This document shows, piece after piece, positions 27,857 through 37,909 of a stretch of DNA of 64,000 nt (position 1 is the stretch's first letter; the number at the start of each line of letters is the position of its first letter). The notes beneath the pieces were generated by a model. That model was not told the origin of the DNA. It ran no database searches and saw only the letters and a list, made by a program, of their open reading frames with translations. The DNA comes from Longimicrobiales bacterium (GTDB lineage: Bacteria; Gemmatimonadota; Gemmatimonadetes; Longimicrobiales; Gaopeijiaceae), in NCBI GenBank assembly GCA_963664435.2, contig CAXXKM010000001.1, positions 800,001-864,000 on the forward strand. Reading direction: 5' to 3'. Made by a program: the position numbers and the translations under genes.

Positions 27857-29032
27857 TCAGTTCAGCAGCATCGGCTGACCCAGCAGCCTGCCCGGGTCGG
27901 CTCCCGGCCTGGGAACGAACTTCTGCACGTGCCCGCCGTTGTAGGAGGCTACGTAGAGGTTGCCCTCCTGGTCGACGGCCGCCTGGTGGGGCAGCACCAG
28001 CCCGCCCGCCCACGGCGGCCGGCCGATCGCTCCCGCCTCGCCGTACGCCCCCCAGGTGTCCTGCAGCCGCCCGTCGCGGTCGTACCTGAGCAGCCGGTTG
28101 AGGGTCGCGTCCAGCACCCAGACGGCGTGGCTCTCGTCAATGTAGATGTTCACCGGGTCGAAGATGTCGGGCCACTCCTCGATGAACTCCCCGTCCTCGG
28201 TAAACACCTGAATCCGGCTGTTGCGGCGATCCGCCACGTAGACGCGCCGGTCCGCGTCCACTGCGATGCTGTGCAGCAGGTTGAACTCCCCGGGTCCGTC
28301 CCCCGGCCTGCCCCACTCCATCAGGTACTCGCCCCCGGCGCTGAACTTCACGACCCGGGTCTTCCAGTAGCCGTCCGCCACGTAGAAGCTCCCGTCCGGC
28401 AGGAAGGCGATGTCGGCCTGGCGCCCGAACACGTACGGCTCATCGTTGGCCCGCGCTTCCTCCATGGTCTCGGGATAGTTCGCGCGCCCGATCTCCATCA
28501 CCAGCTCGCTGCCGTCGTTGGTGAACTTGTAGATCTGCATGCGGCGGTTGTCGATGACCCAGACGTGCCGCTCGGGATCGTAGGGGCTGATGTAGACCGT
28601 GTGCGGCTCGCGCATGATCGAGTCCCACTGGCTCCAGTTCTCGATGATGTTGCCGTTGCGGTCGACCACCACGATGAAGTTGCCCGGGCGCGCCTGCTCC
28701 GCCCAGGGCCGGTCGTCGTCGAAGTCCACCGGCAGGTCGCCCCGGGTCACCACGATGATGCGGTCGGGGTTGTCCACGGCCACGCCTGCGACACGCCCCC
28801 AGGTCCACTCCTCGTCGTGGCTGGCCGCGGCCTTCCACCACCCCTCCACCACCTGGTAGTGACCGGTGCGGTCGTCGCCCCCCTTCGGGCCGCCGGCCTC
28901 CGCGGTTGCGGACGATGCCTCCGGGGCGGGGCCGCAGCCCGCGAAAACCGCCAGCAGCGCGACCGCTGTCCACCGGCGCCGCAATGCCCGCGACCGTCCA
29001 TCGCCCGACGTCTGAAGTGAACCCATCCTCAT
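27857..29032 (-). CDS. NHL-repeat beta-propeller lipoprotein (peptidyl-alpha-hydroxyglycine lyase-like)
   Basis: Lipobox FAGC; YVADGYWKTRVVKF, GPGEFNLLHSIAVD..VYVADRRNSRIQVF. Confidence 0.82.
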   Translation of the reverse strand: MRMGSLQTSGDGRSRALRRRWTAVALLAVFAGCGPAPEASSATAEAGGPKGGDDRTGHYQVVEGWWKAAASHDEEWTWGRVAGVAVDNPDRIIVVTRGDLPVDFDDDRPWAEQARPGNFIVVVDRNGNIIENWSQWDSIMREPHTVYISPYDPERHVWVIDNRRMQIYKFTNDGSELVMEIGRANYPETMEEARANDEPYVFGRQADIAFLPDGSFYVADGYWKTRVVKFSAGGEYLMEWGRPGDGPGEFNLLHSIAVDADRRVYVADRRNSRIQVFTEDGEFIEEWPDIFDPVNIYIDESHAVWVLDATLNRLLRYDRDGRLQDTWGAYGEAGAIGRPPWAGGLVLPHQAAVDQEGNLYVASYNGGHVQKFVPRPGADPGRLLGQPMLLN

Positions 29033-29139
29033 GACTCCCTCCTCGGACCGTAATCCTGCCCGGCCAGCCGGATATGGTTGTATGGCTCGGCGATATCGCA
29101 ATATGGCTCCTTGCCGTCTCGGCGCGGCCCGGAAACGAA

Positions 29140-29171
29140 CCGACCCCGGAGCCGGCAAGCCCCGGGGTCGG
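29140..29171 (-). terminator. GC-rich hairpin downstream of the susD-like gene
   Basis: Perfect 10-bp stem CCGACCCCGG..CCGGGGTCGG. Confidence 0.45.
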
Positions 29172-29195
29172 CGCATCTGAACCGTCCGGCCGTCG

Positions 29196-30674
29196 CTAGA
29201 AGTTGACGGGCCGCGTCGCCGGATCACAGAGCGTGCCCCGATCGGCGATGGTCACGTTCTCGTTCAGGTGGAACTCGTTCTCGGGCATGAGGAAGCGGAC
29301 CCCGCCCTGCAGCTGATGGCCGCCGCGCAGCGTCGCGCCCACGTCCCTCGGGAACCAGAGCAGATCCGGATTCTGGAGCTTGGTCATGAAGTAGCGGGCC
29401 TCCAGGAACAGTGCCCGGCGCCGTTCCTCGATGATCATGTAGCGGATCTCCTCGGCGTCCCCCGGATTCGCGTAGGTCACCAGCGGAAGCCCGTCGGCAG
29501 TCCGGAGTTCGTTGACCAGGTCGATCGCCCTCTGGCCGCCCTCGACCTCGGCGCGAATCAGGACCATCTCCTTCCAGTTGATAAGGGGGATGTCCGCGCC
29601 TTCCTCGTCGTACTTCGCGTTGACGAAGGACTCCACCCCGACGCCCTGGATCTCCGCCTCCATGTGCTGTACCCGCGTGTCGGGTACCGCGCCATCCTCG
29701 TCCATCATGCGGTGTGCGCCCGCCGTCCGGATCGGAATGCCGTCGTCCCGGATCGCCCGCCCGTCCGGCAGGATCCCGAGGTTGAGATAACCGGTGAAGG
29801 GGATCACATCGGGCCAGGGCTGGCCGGTCACCGGGTTGGCCGGGCCCTCCCACCAGTCGATCACGTCGTACAGCTCGCCGTAGTGAATGAAGGTGCCCGC
29901 GTAGAAGGGCTTGTTGCGCCGCACCGGGTCTCCTCCGTCCCGGGTGACGTACGCGGCGAATCCCTGCGGCACCTGCTGCGCGTCGGCCAGCGCGCCCGAG
30001 CCGTCGCCGGCCATCCAGCGCACCTGCGCCCGCAGCCCGTAGGCCATCGCCTGGGCGCTCGAGGCGATTCCGAAGGGCATCTCGAAGTCCCCCGAGCTGC
30101 CGATCTCGCCGAGCGCCCGCGTGAGACGATCCTCGGCCATGCCCAGCGTTTCCGCGGGCGTCATCAGCGAACCGCCGTCGACCGCCAGCTCGCACATCGT
30201 GGAGCCCATCAGGCTGAATACGGCCCCCTCGTAGAGGGAAGCGATCGCCAGATACCGGGCGCGGTTGGAGACCTGATCGGCGGTCCACTCGTTCTCGAGC
30301 TTGTCGTGCAGCCCGGCGGCGAAGCTGCGCGCGGTCATGAAGTCGAGGAATCCGAATTCGTAGTTGTACTGGAAGTGTCCGCAGTCGGTCCCGCCGCTGC
30401 AGAGATAGACTTCACCGCCGTCTTCGCGGCCGTGAATCTCCCATACGTAGTCGTTGTAGGTGTTCTGGAAGTGGGTAATGATGGTGTTGACCTGCGTTTG
30501 GGCGCCCGCCGGGTCGATAAGCGCCTCGTCGGTCAGCTGGGCGGGCAGATCGACCTCCAGCACGTCGCTGCAGGCGCCGAGAACCGTGAGGCAGGAACCG
30601 GCTACCAGGACGGCGAGCGTTCGCCGCATCCAATGCGCGGTGCGCGCGAAATCAAAGAAGTTCTTCATATTCAT
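29196..30674 (-). CDS. RagB/SusD-like nutrient-binding lipoprotein
   Basis: Lipobox LGAC, EMVLIRAEV..AIDLVNELR, IIEERRRALFLE; follows a SusC-like gene. Confidence 0.82.
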   Translation of the reverse strand: MNMKNFFDFARTAHWMRRTLAVLVAGSCLTVLGACSDVLEVDLPAQLTDEALIDPAGAQTQVNTIITHFQNTYNDYVWEIHGREDGGEVYLCSGGTDCGHFQYNYEFGFLDFMTARSFAAGLHDKLENEWTADQVSNRARYLAIASLYEGAVFSLMGSTMCELAVDGGSLMTPAETLGMAEDRLTRALGEIGSSGDFEMPFGIASSAQAMAYGLRAQVRWMAGDGSGALADAQQVPQGFAAYVTRDGGDPVRRNKPFYAGTFIHYGELYDVIDWWEGPANPVTGQPWPDVIPFTGYLNLGILPDGRAIRDDGIPIRTAGAHRMMDEDGAVPDTRVQHMEAEIQGVGVESFVNAKYDEEGADIPLINWKEMVLIRAEVEGGQRAIDLVNELRTADGLPLVTYANPGDAEEIRYMIIEERRRALFLEARYFMTKLQNPDLLWFPRDVGATLRGGHQLQGGVRFLMPENEFHLNENVTIADRGTLCDPATRPVNF

Positions 30675-30708
30675 CTGTCCTCCGACAGTATTCGTTCCCG
30701 GAAACAAC

Positions 30709-33700
30709 TCAGAAGGTGACCCGCAGCTCGAGGTGCATGCTGGTGAGCGGTGCCATGAGCCGGTGGTTGGCGCTCCCGAAATCGGATGTGCCCATCTCGG
30801 GATCCAGTACCGGAAGACCGGGATTCCCCGCCTGCGTGCCGAGGAAGTTCCCCACCTCCTTCTGCCGCTGCCAGATGGTCAGCAGCTCGCGGCCCGAGAA
30901 GGACATGGACGCCCGGTCCGCCCCGATTCGATTCGCCATCGCCTCGGTGAAGTTGTAGCGGACTCCGACCTCGCGCAGCTTCCAGAAGTCGGCGTCGAAG
31001 TACCCCCAGGTCGCCTGGGAACGATAGCGGTCGCCCGCGACCCAGACCGGGTCGCACTCGCAGCGGGAGTCGTAGCTGTTGTTGTAGCGGTGCCCCCACT
31101 CCTGGGCCCCGTCCAGCCCGACCTTGCCGTAGCCGCCATCCGCCAGGATGTGGATGGAGACGGCGTTGTCGAGAAGACTGATGCTGGGGTTGACGGAGAA
31201 CCTGTATGGGAAGAAGGCCGGCCCCGCCATGATGTTGTATCCGGCGTCGCCACAGGGAACGACGGGACCGCCAAGGACTACGCCATACTGGTCGGTGGGC
31301 CCGGTGCCGGAGGGAACGGTGGCCGGAGTGCCGTCGGGACCCACGATCACACCCGCGTCGCACATGGCGCTCACGTTCTCGCCGTACGCGTTGCGGACAG
31401 GACCGTTGGGGTCGAACTGGGCCGACATCACGTAGTACCGGGGTTCGGAGTAGTTCGGGTACGGCAGCCCGATCCGGATCTCGCGCGTGCCCGCGAAGCT
31501 CCCCAGGTCCTTGATCCGGTTCATGACGTAGGATCCGGTGAGGCCCAGGTTGATGGAGAGGCCGGGTCGCTCGTAGAGCCGGGTGTTGACCGAAGCCTCC
31601 CACCCCCAGTTGTCGATGCGGCCCAGGTTGCGCTGGGTGAATCCGCCGAAGCCGAGGCTGGGCGGCAGCGGCACGGCCAGGAGCGCGTCCTCGTTCTTCT
31701 GGTCGAAGTAGGTGAACTCGGCCGAGACGCGGTCGTCCAGCAGCGCGACGTCGAACCCGACTTCGAGCTCGGTGCTGCGCTCGGGACCCACCGCGGGGTT
31801 GCCCGGGTTGCTCGGATCGAGCGCCGTCGTCCCGCCGGCCCCGGGGATGACGCTGTACTGGTTGGTGCCGGCAAAGGCGTCCGGCTGCCGGCCCGCCTGG
31901 CCCCACGCTCCGCGCAGGCGGAACGAGTTGATCATGTCGAAGTTCCAGAAACTCTCCTCGGAAATGACCCAGGTGGACGAGACCTTGGGATAGGTCTCCG
32001 GCTCGAGCTCGGCGCCGAAGGCCGAATTGTCGTCGAAACGCACGGCGCCGGTCAGGAACAGCCGGTCGTTGTAGCTGAACTCCTCCTGCACGTAGAAGCC
32101 GATGGACTTGTTCTCGATGTAATCGAAGTTGAGATCGGCGCTCGCCGGCGGAGTCTGGTTGACGGTGCGCGAGAACGGAGAGGCGAATCCGCGTCCGGTG
32201 GTGCCGAGCATGGAGAGGCGCTCGGAGTAGTACTGCGCGCCCACCGAGGTGGCGCTGCCCCATGAGTCGGTTACCGGCAATCTGGCGGTCGCGGACCAGT
32301 CCGCGGTGAGGTTGGTGGTGACCGGCCTCTCGAGAACGACCAGCCCGGAGGCGGTCTCCTCGTATACCGGCGAAAGCTGAACCTCCAGCGGCCACAGCAC
32401 GTTGTTCTCGTCCCAGCCCTTGTCGATCCCCACCACGACCCGTGACGAGAGCCAGTCGCCGGTGGTGAAGTTGAGCGTTCCGCTTCCGGTGAAGCGGCTG
32501 AACTCACGCGTCGCCTCCAGCTTGGCCACGTCGGAGGGGAGGTGCTCCTGGAAGCCCATCAGCCGAGCGCAGGCGTTGCGCCCGTTGATGCGCGGATAGC
32601 AGAAGCCGTTGCCCCAGGCCAGGTCCTCCCAGATGCCGCCGTCGCCGTCCGCGGGCGAGAGGAACCTCGTCTTCCCGTCCACATATCCCGTGGAGACGTC
32701 GAGCGCGAAGTTCTCCGAGAAGACGACCCCCAGGTTGGCGCGCAACCGCAGCGCCTTGTTCCAGTTGTAGTAGGTGATGCCTTCGTCGTTGTCGTAGTTG
32801 CCGGAGAGGAAGTAGCGGTAGTTCTGGGTTCCCCCGCGAACGCCCAGGTTGTAGCTCTGGCTGAGCCCGCGCTGGAACAGCTCTTCCTGCGGCCAGGGGA
32901 AGGCGCCCTGCTCGATCAGGACGTTGGACTCCTCGTAGGCGTTGTAGGACACGAGCCCCTCGCCCTCGCGGCAAGGCGGGTCGAAGCTGTTCTGGCACGT
33001 CCACTTGGTGCCGATTCGCGCCGCCGGATTCCGCAGGTAGTTGGTGCCCATGCGTACCGAGGCGTCGAACTGGGCCTCGCCCTCGGCGCCGCGCTTGGTG
33101 ATGATCTGGATCACTCCGGCGGATGCCTCGGTCCCGTACAGCGTCGCCGCGGCGGGCCCCTTGATGATCTCGATGCTCTCGATGTCCTGGGGATTGAAGT
33201 CGTTGAGGACGTTGACCTCACGCTCATTCCCCAGATCGGGCCCGGCCTGCGAGTTGTTGTTGACCCGCACGCCGTCGACGTAGATGAGCGGGTTGGAGCC
33301 GAGATTGAAGCTCCCCGTGCCCCGCACCTCGATGGCCGAACCCGTGCCGACGTTTCCGCTGGCGCGGGCAAACTGGACCCCGGGGGTCCGGGCGGTCAGC
33401 AGGTCCTGCATGTTGAGGATCGCGACCTCCTGGGTGACCTGTGCCGCCTCCAGGGTCGCGACCGCGTTCCCGATCGCGCGCCGCTGGGTGCCGCCGGGCG
33501 TTCCGGTCACGATGATCTCGTCGAGCCCGAGCGCCTCCTCGGTCAGCTGGAACTCCAGCAGAGCGGTCTCGTCGGCCGCCACCGTCACCTCGATGGTCGA
33601 GGAGGTGTAACCGATGCGCTGGGCCGTGACCGAGTGAGTTCCGGCGGGCACGCCCGGCATCAGGAAGCGCCCGTTCTGCTGGGTGAGCGCGCCGATGCTG

Positions 33701-33855
33701 GGTTCCGCGATGAAGACCTGCACGGCGGCGAGCGGCTCGCCGGTCTGCCGGTCGGTTACCGTGCCCGTCAGGGTAGCCTGTTGCGCGTGCGCCCCCGGCA
33801 CAAACACCAGGAAGGCCACCGCGTACAGCGGTAAGAGACAAAGTGGTCGAAGCAT
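30709..33855 (-). CDS. SusC/RagA-type TonB-dependent outer-membrane transporter
   Basis: Signal peptide, carboxypeptidase-regulatory-like domain, LDEIIVTG, PLIYVDG, IESIEIIKGPAAATLYGTEASAGVIQIITKRG, C-terminal F. Confidence 0.92.
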   Translation of the reverse strand: MLRPLCLLPLYAVAFLVFVPGAHAQQATLTGTVTDRQTGEPLAAVQVFIAEPSIGALTQQNGRFLMPGVPAGTHSVTAQRIGYTSSTIEVTVAADETALLEFQLTEEALGLDEIIVTGTPGGTQRRAIGNAVATLEAAQVTQEVAILNMQDLLTARTPGVQFARASGNVGTGSAIEVRGTGSFNLGSNPLIYVDGVRVNNNSQAGPDLGNEREVNVLNDFNPQDIESIEIIKGPAAATLYGTEASAGVIQIITKRGAEGEAQFDASVRMGTNYLRNPAARIGTKWTCQNSFDPPCREGEGLVSYNAYEESNVLIEQGAFPWPQEELFQRGLSQSYNLGVRGGTQNYRYFLSGNYDNDEGITYYNWNKALRLRANLGVVFSENFALDVSTGYVDGKTRFLSPADGDGGIWEDLAWGNGFCYPRINGRNACARLMGFQEHLPSDVAKLEATREFSRFTGSGTLNFTTGDWLSSRVVVGIDKGWDENNVLWPLEVQLSPVYEETASGLVVLERPVTTNLTADWSATARLPVTDSWGSATSVGAQYYSERLSMLGTTGRGFASPFSRTVNQTPPASADLNFDYIENKSIGFYVQEEFSYNDRLFLTGAVRFDDNSAFGAELEPETYPKVSSTWVISEESFWNFDMINSFRLRGAWGQAGRQPDAFAGTNQYSVIPGAGGTTALDPSNPGNPAVGPERSTELEVGFDVALLDDRVSAEFTYFDQKNEDALLAVPLPPSLGFGGFTQRNLGRIDNWGWEASVNTRLYERPGLSINLGLTGSYVMNRIKDLGSFAGTREIRIGLPYPNYSEPRYYVMSAQFDPNGPVRNAYGENVSAMCDAGVIVGPDGTPATVPSGTGPTDQYGVVLGGPVVPCGDAGYNIMAGPAFFPYRFSVNPSISLLDNAVSIHILADGGYGKVGLDGAQEWGHRYNNSYDSRCECDPVWVAGDRYRSQATWGYFDADFWKLREVGVRYNFTEAMANRIGADRASMSFSGRELLTIWQRQKEVGNFLGTQAGNPGLPVLDPEMGTSDFGSANHRLMAPLTSMHLELRVTF

Positions 33856-34041
33856 GGATCCTCCAAGGCAGGAGATGTGTTGGGATGCGCCACGGCGAGA
33901 CGGTACCCGAAGGCGGCGCCAGGCGCGAAGAGGGCACGAGATTAGTGCACCGGGAGGTGGGTCACGCGGGACGCGCTGCAGGCGAGGGAAACAGGCAGCG
34001 CTACCAGTCCCGGCGACTCCGGCAGCGGAAATCCTCCGGCA

Positions 34042-34075
34042 GTCCGCGAATCGCGATCGTCCGCGAATCGCGATC
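34042..34075. repeat. Perfect 17-bp tandem duplication upstream of the susC-like gene
   Basis: GTCCGCGAATCGCGATC x2. Confidence 0.6.
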
Positions 34076-34175
34076 GGTGAAGCTGATCGCCCGTCTGACT
34101 GATACGGAGCGGGGTTCCGCGTGTCAAACTTCAGGGTTTTCGGCGGTTACGTGCGCCGGCGGCGGATGTGCGAGC

Positions 34176-34889
34176 TCAGCCCGGACCCGATCGGGTTTCG
34201 ATATGGATGGAGCCGTCCGCGGATCCCTGGAGAAAGCCCGAAGCCGGACCGCGCAGCACCCGGATGTTGCGCACGTCCCGTGCCGGAATCTGGCTCAGCA
34301 CCTCCATCGCCGGGCCGAAGGTTCCGATCCGCACGCCGTCGAGAAACACCGTCGGCTCACCGCCGGGCCCGAAGGTCCCGGTCCCGCGCAGGCGCACCGG
34401 GTTCGTGTTCAGGCCCAGGTTCCCCGAGTTCGGGTTCATGTCCAGCACCTTGCGGGCCACCAGTTCGGCGGCGGTTCTGGCCTCGCTCACGCCGACGGGG
34501 GGGGTCACGAGCTCTCCCAGGATGACGTCGGCCCTGGGCATCATGACCTGCATGTAGAGGACGACGTCCTGCACCACCTCGACCTGCTCCACCATCACAG
34601 GATAGCCCGGCGCCTCGATGCGCACGGCCAGCGAGCCGAGCGGCACGCCCTCGAACGAGAATGTGCCGTCTCCCCCGGTCACCGCCTCGAGCCCGGTTCC
34701 CACCACCGTCACGCGGGCCGAGTCGATGAGGGACATCGTGGCCTGGTCGGCGACCACCCCGTGGAGCGGGCGCTGGGCGGCGGCCGGGCCCGTCGCGAAC
34801 CCGATCCCGGACACGAGGAGGGCCGGAAGGCCGGGATTCGCACGCAGCAGGCGAAGCAAGCGGATTGGCGGGCCGGAGAGCAGCTTCAT
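34176..34889 (-). CDS. Secreted protein with carboxypeptidase-regulatory-like and TonB-dependent receptor plug domains, no beta-barrel
   Basis: VRLRGT..EPTVFLDG..IRVLRGPAS..ADGSIHIET followed by stop. Confidence 0.75.
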   Translation of the reverse strand: MKLLSGPPIRLLRLLRANPGLPALLVSGIGFATGPAAAQRPLHGVVADQATMSLIDSARVTVVGTGLEAVTGGDGTFSFEGVPLGSLAVRIEAPGYPVMVEQVEVVQDVVLYMQVMMPRADVILGELVTPPVGVSEARTAAELVARKVLDMNPNSGNLGLNTNPVRLRGTGTFGPGGEPTVFLDGVRIGTFGPAMEVLSQIPARDVRNIRVLRGPASGFLQGSADGSIHIETRSGPG

Positions 34890-35031
34890 CGGACCTCCAT
34901 CGGTCCATGTGGCCTATCAGTACCTATGATTATACGCGCACGGGGAGCATTGCGCCCGGTGCGCCCCCGGGTGCGGGCCGGCTTCCTCCGGGGAGCCGCG
35001 TCTTCGGTAACCCCAGGACCAGGGTATCCAC

Positions 35032-35472
35032 ATGCCGCGAGCCAGCCGGCGCATGTCGCGAGTCAGCCGCAGGATGTGGTCTCTGCCAGCGATCCCGCTG
35101 CGCGTGCTCCCGGTCGTGCTGCTGTCGTCCGCGCTGGCCGGCTGTGCCTCCGCCCGGGGGGACGGTCTCGGGCCGCCCGGCCGCGCGGAAGGCATATCCC
35201 TGGAGGTGCAGAACCAGAGCCGCAACGCGGTCACCATCTACGTATGGAGCGAGACCTACCAGAACCGCCTGGGGATGGTCGAGGCGCTCAACCGCGACAC
35301 CTTCAGCTTTCGCTGGAATCTGGCCGGTCGCGTGTACTTCATGATGGACTTTCTGGCACAGGGATGCGTGCTGTCGGAGCCCATCGACGTCATCGACGGC
35401 GACGAGTTGATCCTCACCGTGCAGCCGATCGACCAACGGCGCGCCTCCCGCGCCGCCTGCCGCAGGCCGTAG
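35032..35472 (+). CDS. Hypothetical lipoprotein
   Basis: Lipobox LAGC; beta-rich LEVQNQ..VTIYV; start uncertain. Confidence 0.6.
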   Translation: MPRASRRMSRVSRRMWSLPAIPLRVLPVVLLSSALAGCASARGDGLGPPGRAEGISLEVQNQSRNAVTIYVWSETYQNRLGMVEALNRDTFSFRWNLAGRVYFMMDFLAQGCVLSEPIDVIDGDELILTVQPIDQRRASRAACRRP

Positions 35473-35541
35473 CTCCGCCCGCACAGGAGCCGCGGGGCTT
35501 GAGCCGCGGACAGGGTGCACCGCCGAGCGCCGGCGCACGGT

Positions 35542-36930
35542 CTACGGTGTCCCGCCCCTCTCCAACTCGTAGCGGTACCCGAGCGCCCGTCCCTCGATGG
35601 AAACGCGAAAGTCCGCGCTGGCGCCCGGACCCGGAGCGCTGGCCTCCAGAAACCTCTCTCCCAGCGAGCCCGCGTTGTCGTAGAAGATAAAGCGCAGCCG
35701 AACGGGCGCCCCCTCCGGCAGCGCGTTCCCGACGAGGCGCCCCTGGACCACGGTCCCCTCCTCGGTCACGCTCAGCCTCAGCCCGTCGAGGTGGATGGGG
35801 AGGCTGTCGGAACGGGCCACTCCGGCGCGCGCTCCGGCTTCATCCCCTGTCTCCAGCCGGGCCCGCGCCGTGATGAGATGCGCGGGTTCGCTCAGGGGGT
35901 CGACCGCCAGCAGTCGATCGCCTGCGTCGGCCAGCGCCGCCCATGCCTCGGTGGCGAACAGCGCGTTCGCGTAGTTGAACCACGCATCCCGCGAGTCGGG
36001 CTGCTTGTCCGTGAGAAGCTCGAACGCCCGCGCGGCCTGGTCGTAGCGCGAGGAGCGGAAGAGCGTGATTCCCAGGTTGAACAGGTCGGCCGCGGCCAGT
36101 GATTCGTCGGTCAGAAGCGACGCGTAGAGTTCCGTGGCCTCGTCCGCGCGTCCCAGCTCCACGAGGGTCCTCGCGAGATCGCTCCGCGCCCGGATGCTCG
36201 CGGGATCCCGGGCCAGCTGCCGCCGCAGCAGCGGTTCGGCGTCGGCGAAGCGCCCCGTGGCCAGGAGGAGCTGCACGAGTCGATCCTCCGTGTCGGCGCG
36301 CACTTCGGCGCGCACGCGGACCTCGTCCTCCTCCAGCACGCGCGTCGCGGGCCGCCGCTCCAGCCCGCGCAGCGCATCCTGATACACCCGGATCGCCTCG
36401 TCCCGGCGCCCCAGCTCCACCAGAAGGCTGGCGAGGTTTCGATGCGCCGCGGGCTGCAGGTCATAGATCGCGGTTGCCTGCAGCCAATGCTCGGCGGCGC
36501 CATTTAGTTCTCCGCGCGCATAGGCCTCCAGGCCCGCGTTGAAGGCCCGGGCCCATGCGGCCTCCCGCTCCGGCTCGATGTCGAGCTCGTACGCGGGGTA
36601 GATGCGCCGGGCTTCCCGGAACCAGCCGTGGGCGTCCCCGTACTCCCCGAGCCTGGCCCCGGCCACCCCGGCCAGGAAGTAATGGATCGAGTTGCCCGGA
36701 TCGGCGTCGATCCCCTCCAGGGCCTGTTGGAGGGCAGCCTCCTCCTCGCCGTCGATGTTCAGGTAGAGGGTGGCGGTCTGGGAAAACCGGGTCTCGACGG
36801 GTGGCACGCCCGGAGGGTAGACGATCCCGGTCGGGGACCGCACCGGCCCCCGCGGCCCGCGTCCGCCCACGCACCCCGCGAGGATCAGCGTCGCCAGCAC
36901 GGCGGCGCACGCGGGATGCCGGCGCATCAT
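35542..36930 (-). CDS. Tetratricopeptide-repeat lipoprotein
   Basis: Lipobox LAGC; multiple TPR-like helices (AHRNLA, LFNLG, AWFNYA); overlaps the tonB stop. Confidence 0.8.
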   Translation of the reverse strand: MMRRHPACAAVLATLILAGCVGGRGPRGPVRSPTGIVYPPGVPPVETRFSQTATLYLNIDGEEEAALQQALEGIDADPGNSIHYFLAGVAGARLGEYGDAHGWFREARRIYPAYELDIEPEREAAWARAFNAGLEAYARGELNGAAEHWLQATAIYDLQPAAHRNLASLLVELGRRDEAIRVYQDALRGLERRPATRVLEEDEVRVRAEVRADTEDRLVQLLLATGRFADAEPLLRRQLARDPASIRARSDLARTLVELGRADEATELYASLLTDESLAAADLFNLGITLFRSSRYDQAARAFELLTDKQPDSRDAWFNYANALFATEAWAALADAGDRLLAVDPLSEPAHLITARARLETGDEAGARAGVARSDSLPIHLDGLRLSVTEEGTVVQGRLVGNALPEGAPVRLRFIFYDNAGSLGERFLEASAPGPGASADFRVSIEGRALGYRYELERGGTP

Positions 36931-37796
36931 GTCCACGGGAAGGGGATGCTGAAGACCGCGGATCGGGCCACCGCCACGCCCTGCTCCCTGGCGGGCCGAA
37001 ACAGGATCACTTCGTTCACGAGTTCCAGCGCAATCTCGTCGACGCGCCGATCTCCACTGGACTCCATGACCTCTGACCATTCCACGGACCCCGTGCGGTC
37101 GATCCACAGGGTAATGCGCACGGTCCGGAAGTCCTCCTCGGCCAGACCCGCGCCCGCCGCGGACCGGCGCATGAACTCCATCACTTCGTCGGGATTGCGC
37201 ACCAGCACCCAGGCCGAGAGCGACGTCAGAGACAGTTCGGGTTCGAGAACGGAGAGCCGGTCCAGATCCAGTTCGTCGGGATCCGGCAGAGACTCCAGCG
37301 ACGCCGTCGAAGCTCTGCCGTCGATGGAAAGCGGGTCTTCCCCGGGGGTTCCGTCGCTCTCGGAGTCGACGGGGGTCTCGGGTTCGTCAACGTCCAGCTC
37401 CGGTTCGGCGAGAACGGGCCGGGGGGCGGAGCGCCCGCGCAGACGGTCCAGGAAGCTTCCCCCGCGACCCTCGCGGCCGCCATCCGCGAACTCGGCGGGA
37501 TTCCCGTCCGCCGCCTCTTCCTCTTCGGCTTCCCCTGCGGACGCCGAGTCCTCACCTGCGCCCGACACGGCCGCGGCCACGATGGCCTCCACCCCCGGAC
37601 CCCGCCCGGGCGGCTGGAGGAGAATCCACTCCGTTCCCCGGGCGCCGAAGACGGGCTGGGGCGCAAGGTCCCGCAACCTCCACCCCGGGAACAAGGCGAA
37701 GCCGGCCACGTGAACGAACACGGCGACCACGATCGACCAGGCCAGCCGGTCGTCCCACTGCGCCTTGAAGCGGTCGTTGGCGGTGGGCGCGAACAT
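36927..37796 (-). CDS. tonB: Energy transducer TonB-like protein
   Basis: N-terminal TM segment with His, acidic/Pro-rich linker, C-terminal SSGDRRVDEIAL..FRPAREQGVAV. Confidence 0.75.
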   Translation of the reverse strand: MFAPTANDRFKAQWDDRLAWSIVVAVFVHVAGFALFPGWRLRDLAPQPVFGARGTEWILLQPPGRGPGVEAIVAAAVSGAGEDSASAGEAEEEEAADGNPAEFADGGREGRGGSFLDRLRGRSAPRPVLAEPELDVDEPETPVDSESDGTPGEDPLSIDGRASTASLESLPDPDELDLDRLSVLEPELSLTSLSAWVLVRNPDEVMEFMRRSAAGAGLAEEDFRTVRITLWIDRTGSVEWSEVMESSGDRRVDEIALELVNEVILFRPAREQGVAVARSAVFSIPFPWT

Positions 37797-37909
37797 GGGT
37801 CACACTAGGGAGCGGCGTGCGGAAAGGACAAGCCCGCCCGAAGCCTGCATCACGGCGGAGGCCGTGCCCGGTGCGCGTCCAGCCCGGGACCGTCCCGGAA
37901 CGGAGCCAC

